A stretch of 64,000 bases of DNA from an uncultured Puniceicoccaceae bacterium (GCA_963933835.1 CAWVVV010000002.1:1-64000), one strand, 5' to 3'; positions 38,842-49,406 are shown, counted from the stretch's first letter. Notes: generated by a model not told the origin, from the sequence alone. Numbers and translations: made by a program.

Positions 38842-39852
38842 CTAGCTTCGATCAAAGCGAGGAAAAGTCAGACTCATGGCATGAAGAGAGCCTCCAAGCC
38901 CCATTGCAACCGGGGCCTTGATGAAACGTAAATCTTTGTCAGGAAAGGCTAATTGAAATGCATGTGTGAGCTGCGCACGGTCGCCACCTTCGTATTCAGG
39001 AACCACTACGCTTTTGTTACACTGGAGGTAGCCTAAGTGACTGATTCCTTGAGCCTCCACTGCACGCCGAGGGCCTACCCTTGGGGCAGGGATAGGAAAC
39101 AATTCTAACGGACGGCCCGTCGCATCCAGCTGACCTTTTAGACTCTGCATCACCGCCTTAAGGACTCCGCGATATTCGCTTGAGCCCTCAGAGCTCTCCA
39201 TCACCGCCACTTTACCCGGAGCAATGAATCGCGCCACTCGATGCACCTGCCCATTCGTAGGGTCGTCCGGCAGTCCCCGATCGATCCAGATCAGTCGCTC
39301 AATACCGAGGTCTTCGCGTAAAATCTCACGCAGCCGGTTCACATCAAAATTCATATTCCAGCCCGGTCTGAGCCAGTTTTCACGCGTAACAAGGGCGGTT
39401 CCTTCACCATCGGTCTCGATCGCACCGCGCTCGAAGGCGATGGACGTCGGAGCCGTGCGCAGGCCGTCCCGGCGATAGATCTTCTCGAGATCTTTGAATA
39501 GACGTTCCCGCAAATCCGGACCCGCAATGACCGAGCCGCGACGCCCGGACTTCCAATACAAAAGAGGCTCACGTCCGTTGAAAAATCGATGGGCTTTCGC
39601 CCCATAGATATCAACCGTGCTGCACGCACTGAGGGCGACACGCGCAGAACGCTCTCCTTCGGCCGTGGCGGTAAAGATACGAATGCGCAAAAAACTCTTC
39701 TGTTCATCCGTGAGCTCATCAAGGCAACTGGCCAACGCAACGGTGCCCTCTCGGGCGCGGTCCAGGGCAGGGCCTTCGAAGAACTCAGGCCACTTTAGCC
39801 ATACTTCGCGGACATCGTCCCACGAGGCGATTAAGTGACCCTCTTCGCTCAT
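38842..39852 (-). CDS. Agmatine deiminase (PPAD) family protein, catalytic residues degenerate
   Basis: ERGAIETDGEGT, LGIERLIW, ARF, GGSLH pattern. Confidence 0.8.
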   Translation of the reverse strand: MSEEGHLIASWDDVREVWLKWPEFFEGPALDRAREGTVALASCLDELTDEQKSFLRIRIFTATAEGERSARVALSACSTVDIYGAKAHRFFNGREPLLYWKSGRRGSVIAGPDLRERLFKDLEKIYRRDGLRTAPTSIAFERGAIETDGEGTALVTRENWLRPGWNMNFDVNRLREILREDLGIERLIWIDRGLPDDPTNGQVHRVARFIAPGKVAVMESSEGSSEYRGVLKAVMQSLKGQLDATGRPLELFPIPAPRVGPRRAVEAQGISHLGYLQCNKSVVVPEYEGGDRAQLTHAFQLAFPDKDLRFIKAPVAMGLGGSLHAMSLTFPRFDRS

Positions 39853-41141
39853 CGAATTTCGCCGTGGCCTTCGATGATGTATTTATAACTCGTCAATTCC
39901 TCTAATCCGACCGGGCCGCGCGCATGCATACGATCCGTTGAGATACCAATCTCGGCTCCTAGGCCAAACTCAAATCCATCAGTAAAGCGTGTAGAGACAT
40001 TCCAATACACCGTCGCTGAGTCGATCGTATCTTGGAAACGCTTCGCGGCCGCGGCATCAGCCGTCACGATCGCATCACTGTGCCCTGAACCATTGGTGTT
40101 GATAAAGTCGATCGCGGCGTCAATTGACTCCGCGGTGCGGATAGAAAGGATGGGCTCGAGATACTCGGTGCGGAAGTCTTCGTCGGTCGCGGCGGAAACG
40201 GCAATTCCATGCGCTTCGAGGCAGCTTTTTGCTTCAGCATCCGCCCTTAGCTCAACACCGGCTTCGACGAGACGCTTCGCCATGGCTGGCAAATGCGACG
40301 CGAGGACATCTCGGTGCACGACAAGGTTTTCAGCCGCGTTACACACACCTGGCCGCTGCACCTTTGCGTTAAAAATGATCGAGCTGGCCATTTCGAGGTC
40401 TGCCTTTGTATCGACATACACACTACAAATTCCGTCGTAGTGTTTCAGCACAGGCATTTTTGCGTTCTCTCCGACAAAGCGAACAAGCCCTTCGCCGCCC
40501 CTTGGAATCAGGCAGTGGACATATTCATCGAGGTCGAGCAAGGCGCGCGTAGCCGCTCGGTCCGTTGTCGGGATGAGCTGAACAGCGCCCTCGGGCAAAT
40601 CGTGATCAACCAACGCCTGCGCAATCAATGCAGCCAGAGCACGATTACTATGAATCGCTTCTTTCCCCCCGCGCAGAATTGTTGCGTTGCCGCTCTTCAG
40701 GCAGAGCGCAGCGCAATCAATTGTCACGTTTGGACGGGACTCGTAGATAATCCCAATCACGCCGATCGGCACACGACGCTTATGGATTTTAAAGCCTTTT
40801 GGGTGATCGTACGTATTGAGCAAGGCCCCCACTGGGTCAGGCAGGTTCGCGATTTGGCGAATGCCTTCGACCATGCCCTCGATGCGTTTCGGCGTCAGCG
40901 CAAGGCGATCGAGCATGGCTGAGCTCAAATCGTTTTCACGGCCCGCTTTGAGATCCTTCTCATTGGCGGTTTGCAGTGAAGCTTGCTCCGAAAGAATCAA
41001 CTCAGCGAGCGTCAGGAGTGCGGCGTTCTTCGTTTCAGTCGGGATAGCGGCAAGCTTTCGTGAAGCACGCAACGCTTCCACGCCCATCGCTAGGACACTG
41101 TCCTTGATCTCACTTTCGGTCTGGTTAACTGCAGTCTCCAT
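39849..41141 (-). CDS. proA: Gamma-glutamyl phosphate reductase
   Basis: IYESRPNVT, LRGGKEA, VCNA, STRFTDGFEFGLGAEIGIST. Confidence 0.96.
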   Translation of the reverse strand: METAVNQTESEIKDSVLAMGVEALRASRKLAAIPTETKNAALLTLAELILSEQASLQTANEKDLKAGRENDLSSAMLDRLALTPKRIEGMVEGIRQIANLPDPVGALLNTYDHPKGFKIHKRRVPIGVIGIIYESRPNVTIDCAALCLKSGNATILRGGKEAIHSNRALAALIAQALVDHDLPEGAVQLIPTTDRAATRALLDLDEYVHCLIPRGGEGLVRFVGENAKMPVLKHYDGICSVYVDTKADLEMASSIIFNAKVQRPGVCNAAENLVVHRDVLASHLPAMAKRLVEAGVELRADAEAKSCLEAHGIAVSAATDEDFRTEYLEPILSIRTAESIDAAIDFINTNGSGHSDAIVTADAAAAKRFQDTIDSATVYWNVSTRFTDGFEFGLGAEIGISTDRMHARGPVGLEELTSYKYIIEGHGEIR

Positions 41142-41193
41142 GAACCGTCCAAACTGCTCATTCGGACGGGAGCAATCAAGCGCGAATAAGAAC

Positions 41194-42210
41194 TCAGCTC
41201 GCGTCAGGATCAGGAGCCGCATCGAGCTCGGCAACGACTTCGACCCAGCGATCTATGGGGAGAATCGTACCAACAAGCTGCACGACCTCTGCCGCGAGGA
41301 AGGAACCGTGGTGCCCGCATGTCGCAAGATCACGCCCTTTCAGCCAGCTGTGCAAAAACCCAGCCGCCCAGAGGTCACCCGCTGCCGTCGTATCAACCAC
41401 CTTCGAGGCCGGAACCGGAGCGATCCGGTGAAGGACTTTTTGCTCATCATGGATCAAAGCGCCCTCGGCACCCACTTTCAGGACCGAAATCGGGCAGTAT
41501 CCGCCCAGCGCCTCGGCCATTTCCGTATGGCCCATATCTTCGCCGATCAGAGCGGCGGCCTCTTCTTCATTCGCAAGCACGATGTCGACGTATTCGCGCA
41601 GGATGCCTTCCAACCGCCCGCGGCAGGCACGGACAACTTCAAATGATCCCAAATCAAGACTGATCGTGCACTGCGCTTGACTTGCTGCATCGAGAATCGC
41701 CTGCATCAAATCGTCATTAAAAAGCAAATACCCCTCGATGTGGGCATGTCGGCAGCCTTCGAAAGCTGCTGGAGTGATTTCATCGGGCCGCAGGGTCGCC
41801 GCCGCGCCGAGGTAGGTGCGCATCGTTCGGGCACCATCTGGGGTGATGAGTGAGAGGCAGCGACCGTTGGCCATGTCTCCGTGAATAAGGCGACTCCCGT
41901 CTCCGCCGACCGAAGCAAAGCGTCCAGAGTAAAGTTGAGCTGAGGCATCGTTCCCTACTTTACCGAGGAAGGCCGTTCGCAGACCAAGGCGGGCCACAGC
42001 AAAGGCAGTGTTCCCAGCTGCTCCGCCCGGAGCCTCCTCCAGTGCGCAAGTCACTTGCTTCAGAAGCGTAGCCATCTCCCCTTCATCGACGAGCACCATG
42101 CCACCTTTTTCACCGTCTACGCCGGAGAGGAAGGCTTCGTCGATCTTCGCTAGGGAATCTACGATCGGCGAACCTACGCCGATCAGATCAATTGAATGTG
42201 TCTTCGTCAT
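41194..42210 (-). CDS. PfkB-family adenosine/sugar kinase
   Basis: GGAAGNT, ANEEEA, DTTAAGD. Confidence 0.9.
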   Translation of the reverse strand: MTKTHSIDLIGVGSPIVDSLAKIDEAFLSGVDGEKGGMVLVDEGEMATLLKQVTCALEEAPGGAAGNTAFAVARLGLRTAFLGKVGNDASAQLYSGRFASVGGDGSRLIHGDMANGRCLSLITPDGARTMRTYLGAAATLRPDEITPAAFEGCRHAHIEGYLLFNDDLMQAILDAASQAQCTISLDLGSFEVVRACRGRLEGILREYVDIVLANEEEAAALIGEDMGHTEMAEALGGYCPISVLKVGAEGALIHDEQKVLHRIAPVPASKVVDTTAAGDLWAAGFLHSWLKGRDLATCGHHGSFLAAEVVQLVGTILPIDRWVEVVAELDAAPDPDAS

Positions 42211-42226
42211 TTTTGGGAAATTGGTC

Positions 42227-42610
42227 TTAGTTCACACCAAGGTTGGTGACTAAAATCGGTTCATCATTCACTTCAATAACAACGGCATACATCCCTGCTC
42301 GGGACAGCTCCATGTTATGCATTTCGTTAATGATATTAATTTTATGCAGCGGGCTTTCGGAAGAAAAGGTGCGCTCTACGACCTGCTCCACCTCCGCCAC
42401 ATTTGGGCCAAAGGAAATCCGGAGGTTGTGCTCGCCCTCCGGGACATCCGAAAGGGTCAAAAACCAAACCATGCGTGGGTGTTTGGCCGGAAACTCACGG
42501 GCTTGAATATTTGAAAAACAACCGAGCAAGTAGTGCTTCCCCGTCGATGGGTCGAGGTGGACCGCATCGCAGATTTGCCAGCACAAAATTTGGGGTTTCA
42601 CTTGATTCAT
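42227..42610 (-). CDS. Hypothetical beta-rich protein (DUF6941-like)
   Basis: ICD...GKHYLLG.F pattern. Confidence 0.55.
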   Translation of the reverse strand: MNQVKPQILCWQICDAVHLDPSTGKHYLLGCFSNIQAREFPAKHPRMVWFLTLSDVPEGEHNLRISFGPNVAEVEQVVERTFSSESPLHKINIINEMHNMELSRAGMYAVVIEVNDEPILVTNLGVN

Positions 42611-42740
42611 CGAAGTTTTCAGGCGCCACTAAGGAGGAGATAAGATGCCTTGTAAAGGGCCACCTAACAAGTAAATAGAGCCGGCCGGTGTGACCAAGAT
42701 TTCCCCTCGACCCGACCCCAATGAGTGGCACTCTAATCCC

Positions 42741-44351
42741 ATGCAGCATCAATTTGATGTCCTGGTTATCGGTAGCGGTATTGCCGGCTTAAGCTTCGCC
42801 CTCAAGGTCGCAGCCCAAGGTCACAAAGTCGCTATCTTGACTAAGAAGAACCGCGCCGAAAGTAATACAAACTACGCCCAGGGAGGCATCGCGGCCGTCA
42901 CTTCTTCCAGTGATGACTTCGAGCTTCACGTCAATGACACCCTCACTGCGGGTGACGGGCTCTGTGACGAAACCGTCGTTCGTGCCATCATCGGCGAGGC
43001 CCCAGAGCGCGTCCAGGAACTGATCGATCTCGGGGTTGAGTTCTCCCAGCTCGACGACGGGCGCGTCTCGCTCCACCGCGAAGGCGGCCACTCCAAGCGG
43101 CGCATTCTTCACGTTAAAGACATCACTGGGCGGGCGATTGAGAATGCTCTCCTCGCTGGCATCGAGGCTTCCCGCAACATCACACTTTTCGAGCACACCC
43201 TCGCGATCGACCTCATAACGAGCCGAAAGCTCGCCCTCGGTGGCTTTCCGGTCAGCAGTGACGCCGAAGGCGTCGTCGGACTCTACGCCCTCAATCGCGT
43301 CTCGGGCAACGTCGAGACGTTCTCCGCGCCGGCTGTTCTCCTCGCAACCGGCGGCGTGGGTCAGATCTACCCTTACACGACAAACCCTGCCATCGCAACG
43401 GGCGACGGGCTCGCGATGGCCTACCGCGCCGGAGCAGAGATTCGAAACCTAGAGTGTATCCAGTTTCATCCTACCGCCCTCTATTCACCCGACGGCTCAC
43501 GTTTCCTCATCAGTGAGGCGGTTCGCGGAGAAGGAGCGATCCTTCGCAATTTCGCTGGCGAGACCTTCATGGATCGCTACGACGAACGCAAAGAGCTCGC
43601 TCCCCGCGATATCGTTGCCCGCGCGATTGACAGTCAGATGAAGAAATCGGGTAGCCCGCACGTCTGGCTCGACATCACTCATCGCAGCGAAGAAGAGCTC
43701 AAAGACATCTTCCCCAACATCTTTAAAGCCTGCGCCAAACAGGGTCTCAACATGGCGACAGACAAAATCCCCGTCGTGCCCGCCATGCACTACCTCTGCG
43801 GAGGTGTGAAAATCAATCTCGATGGGGCGACCGAAATTCCTGGCCTCTATGCCTGCGGCGAAGTCAGCTGCTCCGGGCTCCATGGTGCGAATCGCCTCGC
43901 GAGCAACAGTCTACTTGAAGCCGTCGTCCTCGCAAACCGCGCTGCGCGCAGTATCGACAAACACTTAAAAACCGCTGCACCACGTATTAAAAATCTCCCT
44001 ACATGGGTGGATGGAGATCTTCAGGACAGTGATGAGCGCGTCGTCATCGCTCACAACAACGAGGAACTCAAACGGGCGATGTGGGACTATGTTGGCATCG
44101 TGCGGACAACGAAGCGCCTCCGTCGCGCCCAGACGCGTATCAAGCACCTCAAGCGCGAAATCGAAGACTACTACCGGAACTTTAAGGTCGAGCCCTCGCT
44201 CCTCGAGCTGCGTAACCTCGTCGAGATCGCAGACCTCATCGTCCTCAGCGCGATGCAGCGTAAAGAAAGCCGAGGTCTCCACTACACCCTCGACTACCCG
44301 GACAAACATCCGAGCCCGATCAACACCGTCGTTCGGCGCAAACAAGGGTAG
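42741..44351 (+). CDS. nadB: L-aspartate oxidase
   Basis: YAQGGIAA, EGGHS, QFHPT, SEAVRGEG, HGANRLASNSLLE. Confidence 0.96.
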   Translation: MQHQFDVLVIGSGIAGLSFALKVAAQGHKVAILTKKNRAESNTNYAQGGIAAVTSSSDDFELHVNDTLTAGDGLCDETVVRAIIGEAPERVQELIDLGVEFSQLDDGRVSLHREGGHSKRRILHVKDITGRAIENALLAGIEASRNITLFEHTLAIDLITSRKLALGGFPVSSDAEGVVGLYALNRVSGNVETFSAPAVLLATGGVGQIYPYTTNPAIATGDGLAMAYRAGAEIRNLECIQFHPTALYSPDGSRFLISEAVRGEGAILRNFAGETFMDRYDERKELAPRDIVARAIDSQMKKSGSPHVWLDITHRSEEELKDIFPNIFKACAKQGLNMATDKIPVVPAMHYLCGGVKINLDGATEIPGLYACGEVSCSGLHGANRLASNSLLEAVVLANRAARSIDKHLKTAAPRIKNLPTWVDGDLQDSDERVVIAHNNEELKRAMWDYVGIVRTTKRLRRAQTRIKHLKREIEDYYRNFKVEPSLLELRNLVEIADLIVLSAMQRKESRGLHYTLDYPDKHPSPINTVVRRKQG

Positions 44352-44353
44352 GC

Positions 44354-45295
44354 ATGAGTGACGTAGGAACGATCGCTATCGTTGGAACGGGAGCTCTCGG
44401 CGGCTATGTCGGAGCGCACCTCGCCAAAGACAACAACTCGGTTCGCTTTCTCGTTCGCCGCGACTACGACGCACTGAAGCAGCACGGATTCCATGTCCGA
44501 CTCGTCGATGCCGAAGACTTCACTGTCCCTGCGCCGAAGATCTTTCAATCGCCCAGCGAGATCGGACACGTCGACCTCGTCATCGTAGCGCTGAAGACGA
44601 CTCAGAACGAGAGCCTCGCACAGTTGCTTCCGCCCCTCGTCGGAGAACACACTCAACTCCTCACGATTCAGAATGGCCTCGGCAATGTAGAGCGATTGAG
44701 TGCGCTTTTTCCGCAGAATAAAGTCCTTGGAGGGCTCTGCCAGATCGGGGTCGACCGCGAAGCACCTGGTCGGCTCGTCAGCTATGTCCCCGGTGGAGGT
44801 TCGATCCAAGTCGGCGCAGGCGCTCATGCGACGATGGATGATGTCGATGCCATCGCCACGATGCTTAAAGACAGCGGGCTCAAGACGCGCAGTCTCGAAA
44901 GCCTCGGCGAAGCCCTTTGGCGAAAACTGATGTGGAACGTGCCCTTCAATGGGCTGACCGTTGCGACTGGTGGACACACCACCGACCACATCGTAGGCAC
45001 ACCGGCCCTCCGTGAACTCAGCACGGCCCTCATGAATGAACTCGTGACCGCCGCCAATGCCCTCGGCTTTCCGATCGAAAGTTCCTTTACCGAAAAACAA
45101 ATTGGCTTCACCGATAAGCTGGGAGCCTATCCACCCTCCTCGCTCGTTGACTGGCGGGCCAAGCGCCCGATCGAAGTCGAAGCGATCTGGGGCGAGCCTT
45201 TGCGCCAAGGCGCCAGCGTCGGGGTCGAGATGCCTCACCTCCAGACCCTCCATGCGATTCTCGAAGGCCTGAATGCGTCCTTACTGAAGAGTTAG
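44354..45295 (+). CDS. panE: 2-dehydropantoate 2-reductase (ApbA/PanE family)
   Basis: GTGALG, QNGLG, WRKLMWN, SS..D..EVE. Confidence 0.85.
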   Translation: MSDVGTIAIVGTGALGGYVGAHLAKDNNSVRFLVRRDYDALKQHGFHVRLVDAEDFTVPAPKIFQSPSEIGHVDLVIVALKTTQNESLAQLLPPLVGEHTQLLTIQNGLGNVERLSALFPQNKVLGGLCQIGVDREAPGRLVSYVPGGGSIQVGAGAHATMDDVDAIATMLKDSGLKTRSLESLGEALWRKLMWNVPFNGLTVATGGHTTDHIVGTPALRELSTALMNELVTAANALGFPIESSFTEKQIGFTDKLGAYPPSSLVDWRAKRPIEVEAIWGEPLRQGASVGVEMPHLQTLHAILEGLNASLLKS

Positions 45296-45353
45296 AGTCT
45301 TCTAAACAATTTCGCCGTTGCCCTAGATAGGCATCCCGCAAAACGTGAACGGC

Positions 45354-46121
45354 ATGGACACTCCCGACCTCATCGCTCTCGGAAAACTCGCTGAAGACGC
45401 TGCTCGCGCCGCCGGCCAAATCCTCCGCGATGAAGGCAAAAGCCTCCGCGAAGTCACCTTTTCCGATCAACGCGATGTGAAACTCGCCGCCGATTCAGCC
45501 GCCGAAGAGCTCATCCGCAAGATGCTCGGTAAAGCTTCCGACATCCCCGTCTATGGCGAAGAACTCGGGGGCGACAGTGGACTGATCGACCGTGGCGAAC
45601 TCGTCTGGGTCGTCGACCCGCTCGATGGCACTTTCAACTACCTCCGTGGCAACCCGCTCTGCGCCGTCAGCATCGGACTGATGCGTGGCGAAGAGCCCCT
45701 CTTCGGCGTTATCTACGACTTTAACAATGACCGCCTCTTCAAAGGCAGCTCCGTTGAGCCCTTCACCATCAATGGCGAAACACATACCCCTGAATGGGCC
45801 GACAGTCTCAGCAACGCCGGACTCTGCACCGGCTTTCCGATTGGGATGAATCGCGACGCCACATCGATGACCCAGTTCGTCGAGCTCATCGCCCCGTACA
45901 AGAAAGTCCGCATGGTCGGCACCGCTGCCCTCGCCATTGCGATGGTCGCCAGCGGGCAAGTGGATGCCTACTACGAATCGAACATTCGCCTCTGGGATGT
46001 CGCCGCAGGCCTCGCCCTCGTCAAAGCCGCCGGAGGCACTCTCAAGATGACCCGTGGAAATCCCGACCTCCCCCTCGCCTACGACGTCTGGGCCGCCGGC
46101 AAACCGATCTTCATCCAGTAG
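45354..46121 (+). CDS. Inositol monophosphatase family protein
   Basis: GEE, WVVDPLDGTFN, WDVAAG. Confidence 0.92.
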   Translation: MDTPDLIALGKLAEDAARAAGQILRDEGKSLREVTFSDQRDVKLAADSAAEELIRKMLGKASDIPVYGEELGGDSGLIDRGELVWVVDPLDGTFNYLRGNPLCAVSIGLMRGEEPLFGVIYDFNNDRLFKGSSVEPFTINGETHTPEWADSLSNAGLCTGFPIGMNRDATSMTQFVELIAPYKKVRMVGTAALAIAMVASGQVDAYYESNIRLWDVAAGLALVKAAGGTLKMTRGNPDLPLAYDVWAAGKPIFIQ

Positions 46122-46159
46122 TAGCACAGAACAAAAGCCAGAGCTTCTTCAATCTAGAT

Positions 46160-46343
46160 TTACCACAGAGGACACAGAGAGCACAGAGTTTATGTGCATT
46201 TTGTGGTTCCAACTCTACAGAGCCTAAGAACATCCGTGTCCATCCGTGGTTAAACTTACAGAACTTTCGCCTCTGTGTCCTCTGTGGTGAATTTTACAGA
46301 GCCTCAGCCCAGAGCCTTAGCTCTTCGTGTCCTTCGTGGTGAA
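46160..46343. repeat. Cluster of 9-bp-periodic inverted REP-like arms
   Basis: accacagag-gacacagag-agcacagag versus ctctgtgtc-ctctgtggt, plus three variant GTG-N6-GTGGT arms. Confidence 0.85.
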
Positions 46344-46357
46344 AAGCAGTCCGGCGC

Positions 46358-47023
46358 TTAGTCGCGGCTTGCTGCGAGGAAGTAGAGCAGCCACGCGAGC
46401 GAGCTGACGAAGGCAGCGACATAGGTCCACCCAGCAGCATCGAGTGTCTCGTCGACACCCTTGCGCTCATCTGGGCTCAAAATGCCGGTACCGACGAGGG
46501 CAAGTTTAGCGCGCTTCGAGGCATCAAACTCTACCGGCAACGTCACGAGGTTGAAGAGCGTGATCGCGCCGTAGGCGACAACGCCCAGGATCGTCAGTCC
46601 CGTCATTCCGAGAAAGAAGCCACCGAACATCATCACCATGAGGAGGTTGTTCGCGATCCCAACGACAGGCACGAGTGCCATGCGCGCCTTCAAGGCTGAG
46701 TAGCCTTGCGCGTGCTGGATGGCGTGGCCCGCTTCGTGCGCCGCGACGCCGAGGGCAGCGAGACTGTGGCCGTGGTAATTCTCTTCGCTGAGTACGAGGT
46801 TCTTCGTCACCGGGTTGTAGTGGTCGGTGAGGTGCCCGCGCGTCGAAGTGATTTGCACCCCTTCAACCCCCGCGGAACGCATCACATATTCAGCCGCTTC
46901 GCGACCCGTGATTCCACTGCGTGCGGAATATTTCGACCACTTACCATAGGCCCCCTGCACGCGATTCTGCGCCCAAAGTCCAATGATCATCGTGAATGCA
47001 ATAACTAGAATGAAAAGTAGCAT
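46358..47023 (-). CDS. Membrane zinc metallopeptidase (YugP-like)
   Basis: LTDHYNP, AAHEAGHAIQH, TLPVEFDAS. Confidence 0.92.
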   Translation of the reverse strand: MLLFILVIAFTMIIGLWAQNRVQGAYGKWSKYSARSGITGREAAEYVMRSAGVEGVQITSTRGHLTDHYNPVTKNLVLSEENYHGHSLAALGVAAHEAGHAIQHAQGYSALKARMALVPVVGIANNLLMVMMFGGFFLGMTGLTILGVVAYGAITLFNLVTLPVEFDASKRAKLALVGTGILSPDERKGVDETLDAAGWTYVAAFVSSLAWLLYFLAASRD

Positions 47024-47322
47024 AGGTGTGGTTGTGTTAGAAGTGCCTTCCTAGAGCAAATCAAATGCCGGCCCACGCACAAGCGCTTCGTTCCGATTTA
47101 AACTTCCTTAACGCCTCAAGCGAAGCCGCATAAACCATCTGATGACGTGAATGTCCCGAGCGTTCAGAATCAGAGAACAGCCGAGCGAAGCCATTGCCTC
47201 CCCTGCGCCAGTGTGTCCCTAGGTGCGCCAGCCTTGGGCACAATAGGCGTCATACGTATAATATAAAGGTTTCCCAAAACAGCGTATCCCATTTTCACGA
47301 CACAGAAGCCAAGTCTTCCCCG

Positions 47323-49374
47323 CTAAGCCAGCCCGCGGGCTTTGAGCAGTGCTTCGGGATCGGGATTTCTGCCCATGAAGTTGCGGAAGAGTTCTTCGGG
47401 GGGAGCGCTGTTTCCTTTGGAGAGGATGGATTCGCGGAAGGCGTGGCCGGTCTCCGAATTCATCACGCCATCAGCTTCGAAGCGGGAGAAGGCATCGGAG
47501 GCGAGGACGTCGGCCCACATGTAGCTGTAGTAACCTGCGGCGTATCCAACGGCATCACTGAAGAGGTGTCCGAAGGTGCGGAGGTTGCTCCGTGGTTGGC
47601 TGGCTAACGGAGTGAGATACTCGGCATTTAAATCGCGCCACCAATCTTCGAGCGAAGGCTTTTCGGCGAGGAGCTGGGTCGCATTGAGATGGAGCATCAG
47701 GTCGGTCCGTCCGAAGGCGAGCTGGCGGACCATGAAGCTCGCGCTTCGAAAGGTCTTTGTCTTGAGGAGGTTTTTGAAAATCTCTTCTGGAATCGGTTCA
47801 CCTGTTTCGTGGTGACGTGCGAAGCGGTCGAGGCTGACGCGTTCCCAGCACCAGTTTTCTAGAATCTGCGAAGGCAGTTCGACAAAATCCCAAGCAACAT
47901 CGGTCCCACCGAGGGACGCGACTTCAACTTCGCTCAAGAGGTGATGGAGGAGATGGCCGAACTCATGAAAGACGGTCTCAACTTCACCATGGAGGAGAAG
48001 GGCTGGCTGATCACCGAGTGGTCGGGTCATGTTACCCGCCATCGCCCCGAGGCAAGGCTTGTCACCACTCTCGGAGCGCATCGGTGTCATCCAAGCACCA
48101 CTGCGTTTTGTCTCACGTGGAAACCAGTCGGTGTAAAAGAGACCGCAGTGGCGATTCGTCTTAGAATCAAAAATATCGAAGGCCTGCACATCGGGATGCC
48201 AGACGGGCGGTTTTGCATCGCCTGTGCGCTCGACAACGCGGACCCCGAAGAGTTCCTCAGTGAGGGAGAAGAGTCCTTCGATGACCCGGTTGACCTGAAA
48301 ATAGGGGCGCAAGCTCTCCTCGTCGAAGGAGCACTCTGCCATCCGCAATTTCTCCGACCAGTAGCCGACGTCCCACGCTTCCATGGGCGAGTTGTCGCCT
48401 GACTTCGCCTTAAATTCTTGCAGCTCATCACACTCATCGCGAAACCGCGGTGCGATGCGGCTGTGCAAATCTTCTTCGAAGGCGAGGGCTGCCTTGCCGT
48501 TTTTTGCCATCCGGCGAGAGAGCACATGGTCAGCAAAATTAGCCATGCCGAGGATCTCTGCCTGCTCCTGTCGGAGGCGAAGAATGTCCCAGATCAAAGG
48601 CTCATTCGCATGCGGTGCTTCGGTCGCAAGGGCGTAGTAAGCGTTGAGGATGTCGCGACGCAGTTCGCGGTCTTCCGCGTAGCGCATGACGGGCATAAAA
48701 GACGGCGCTTGGAGCGTAAAACGCCAGACTGGTTGATCGTCTGTCCCCAGCTTTTTCTCTTTTGCTTCCTGGAGGGCAGCGGCGCGGGCGCTTTCAGGCA
48801 GACCCGCGAGGCGCGCTTCATCTTCCACCACAAGCTCGAAGGCATTGAGCGTATCGAGATGATTTTCGCCGTATTGAGTCGTGATCTTCGCCAGCTCCTC
48901 GGCAATCGCCATGAGGCGGTCTTTCTTTGCATCCGGGAGATCAGCGCCGGATTCGCGAAAGTCATTCATCGTCTCTTCGACGAAGCGCTGCTGGACCGGC
49001 AAGAGCTGACTGACAGCGGAGCTCTCACCAAAGGCCTTGAGCACCTTCCAGATCTCAGCATTGAGCGGTAGGCCGGAGAAAAAGCGCGTCACCTTCGGCT
49101 GGGCGATCTTGAAGGCAGCGCGAAAGGCTTCCGTGTTATCGACCGACTCTAGGTGCGAAATGAGACCCCACGCATTGGAGACCTGATCAACGAGTGTCTC
49201 AAAGGTGGCGAAGGTCGAGGCATAGGTCACTGCATCGAGGGGCTGCGCAACGAGCTGAGATATCTCAGCTTCGGCGCGAACAATCGCTGCGTCCATATCC
49301 GGCACGATGTGCTCGGGTGAGAGATCGGTCCACGGCGCCTCAAGGGCGGTCGACAAAAAGGGATGAGTAGTCAT
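47323..49374 (-). CDS. prlC: M3 family oligopeptidase A
   Basis: FHEFGHLLH, WDFVELPSQILENW, GYAAGYYSY. Confidence 0.93.
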   Translation of the reverse strand: MTTHPFLSTALEAPWTDLSPEHIVPDMDAAIVRAEAEISQLVAQPLDAVTYASTFATFETLVDQVSNAWGLISHLESVDNTEAFRAAFKIAQPKVTRFFSGLPLNAEIWKVLKAFGESSAVSQLLPVQQRFVEETMNDFRESGADLPDAKKDRLMAIAEELAKITTQYGENHLDTLNAFELVVEDEARLAGLPESARAAALQEAKEKKLGTDDQPVWRFTLQAPSFMPVMRYAEDRELRRDILNAYYALATEAPHANEPLIWDILRLRQEQAEILGMANFADHVLSRRMAKNGKAALAFEEDLHSRIAPRFRDECDELQEFKAKSGDNSPMEAWDVGYWSEKLRMAECSFDEESLRPYFQVNRVIEGLFSLTEELFGVRVVERTGDAKPPVWHPDVQAFDIFDSKTNRHCGLFYTDWFPRETKRSGAWMTPMRSESGDKPCLGAMAGNMTRPLGDQPALLLHGEVETVFHEFGHLLHHLLSEVEVASLGGTDVAWDFVELPSQILENWCWERVSLDRFARHHETGEPIPEEIFKNLLKTKTFRSASFMVRQLAFGRTDLMLHLNATQLLAEKPSLEDWWRDLNAEYLTPLASQPRSNLRTFGHLFSDAVGYAAGYYSYMWADVLASDAFSRFEADGVMNSETGHAFRESILSKGNSAPPEELFRNFMGRNPDPEALLKARGLA

Positions 49375-49406
49375 AGAAGTTTGTGTATCTAATATCTAAA
49401 TACACT

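Noticed and set aside
46160..46343. Repeat cluster as a mini-CRISPR
   Set aside because: The units are divergent, include an inverted arm, are irregularly spaced, and no cas genes are present.
47024..47322. Small ORFs in the yugP-prlC intergenic region
   Set aside because: They are short, with no motifs and no convincing ribosome-binding site.
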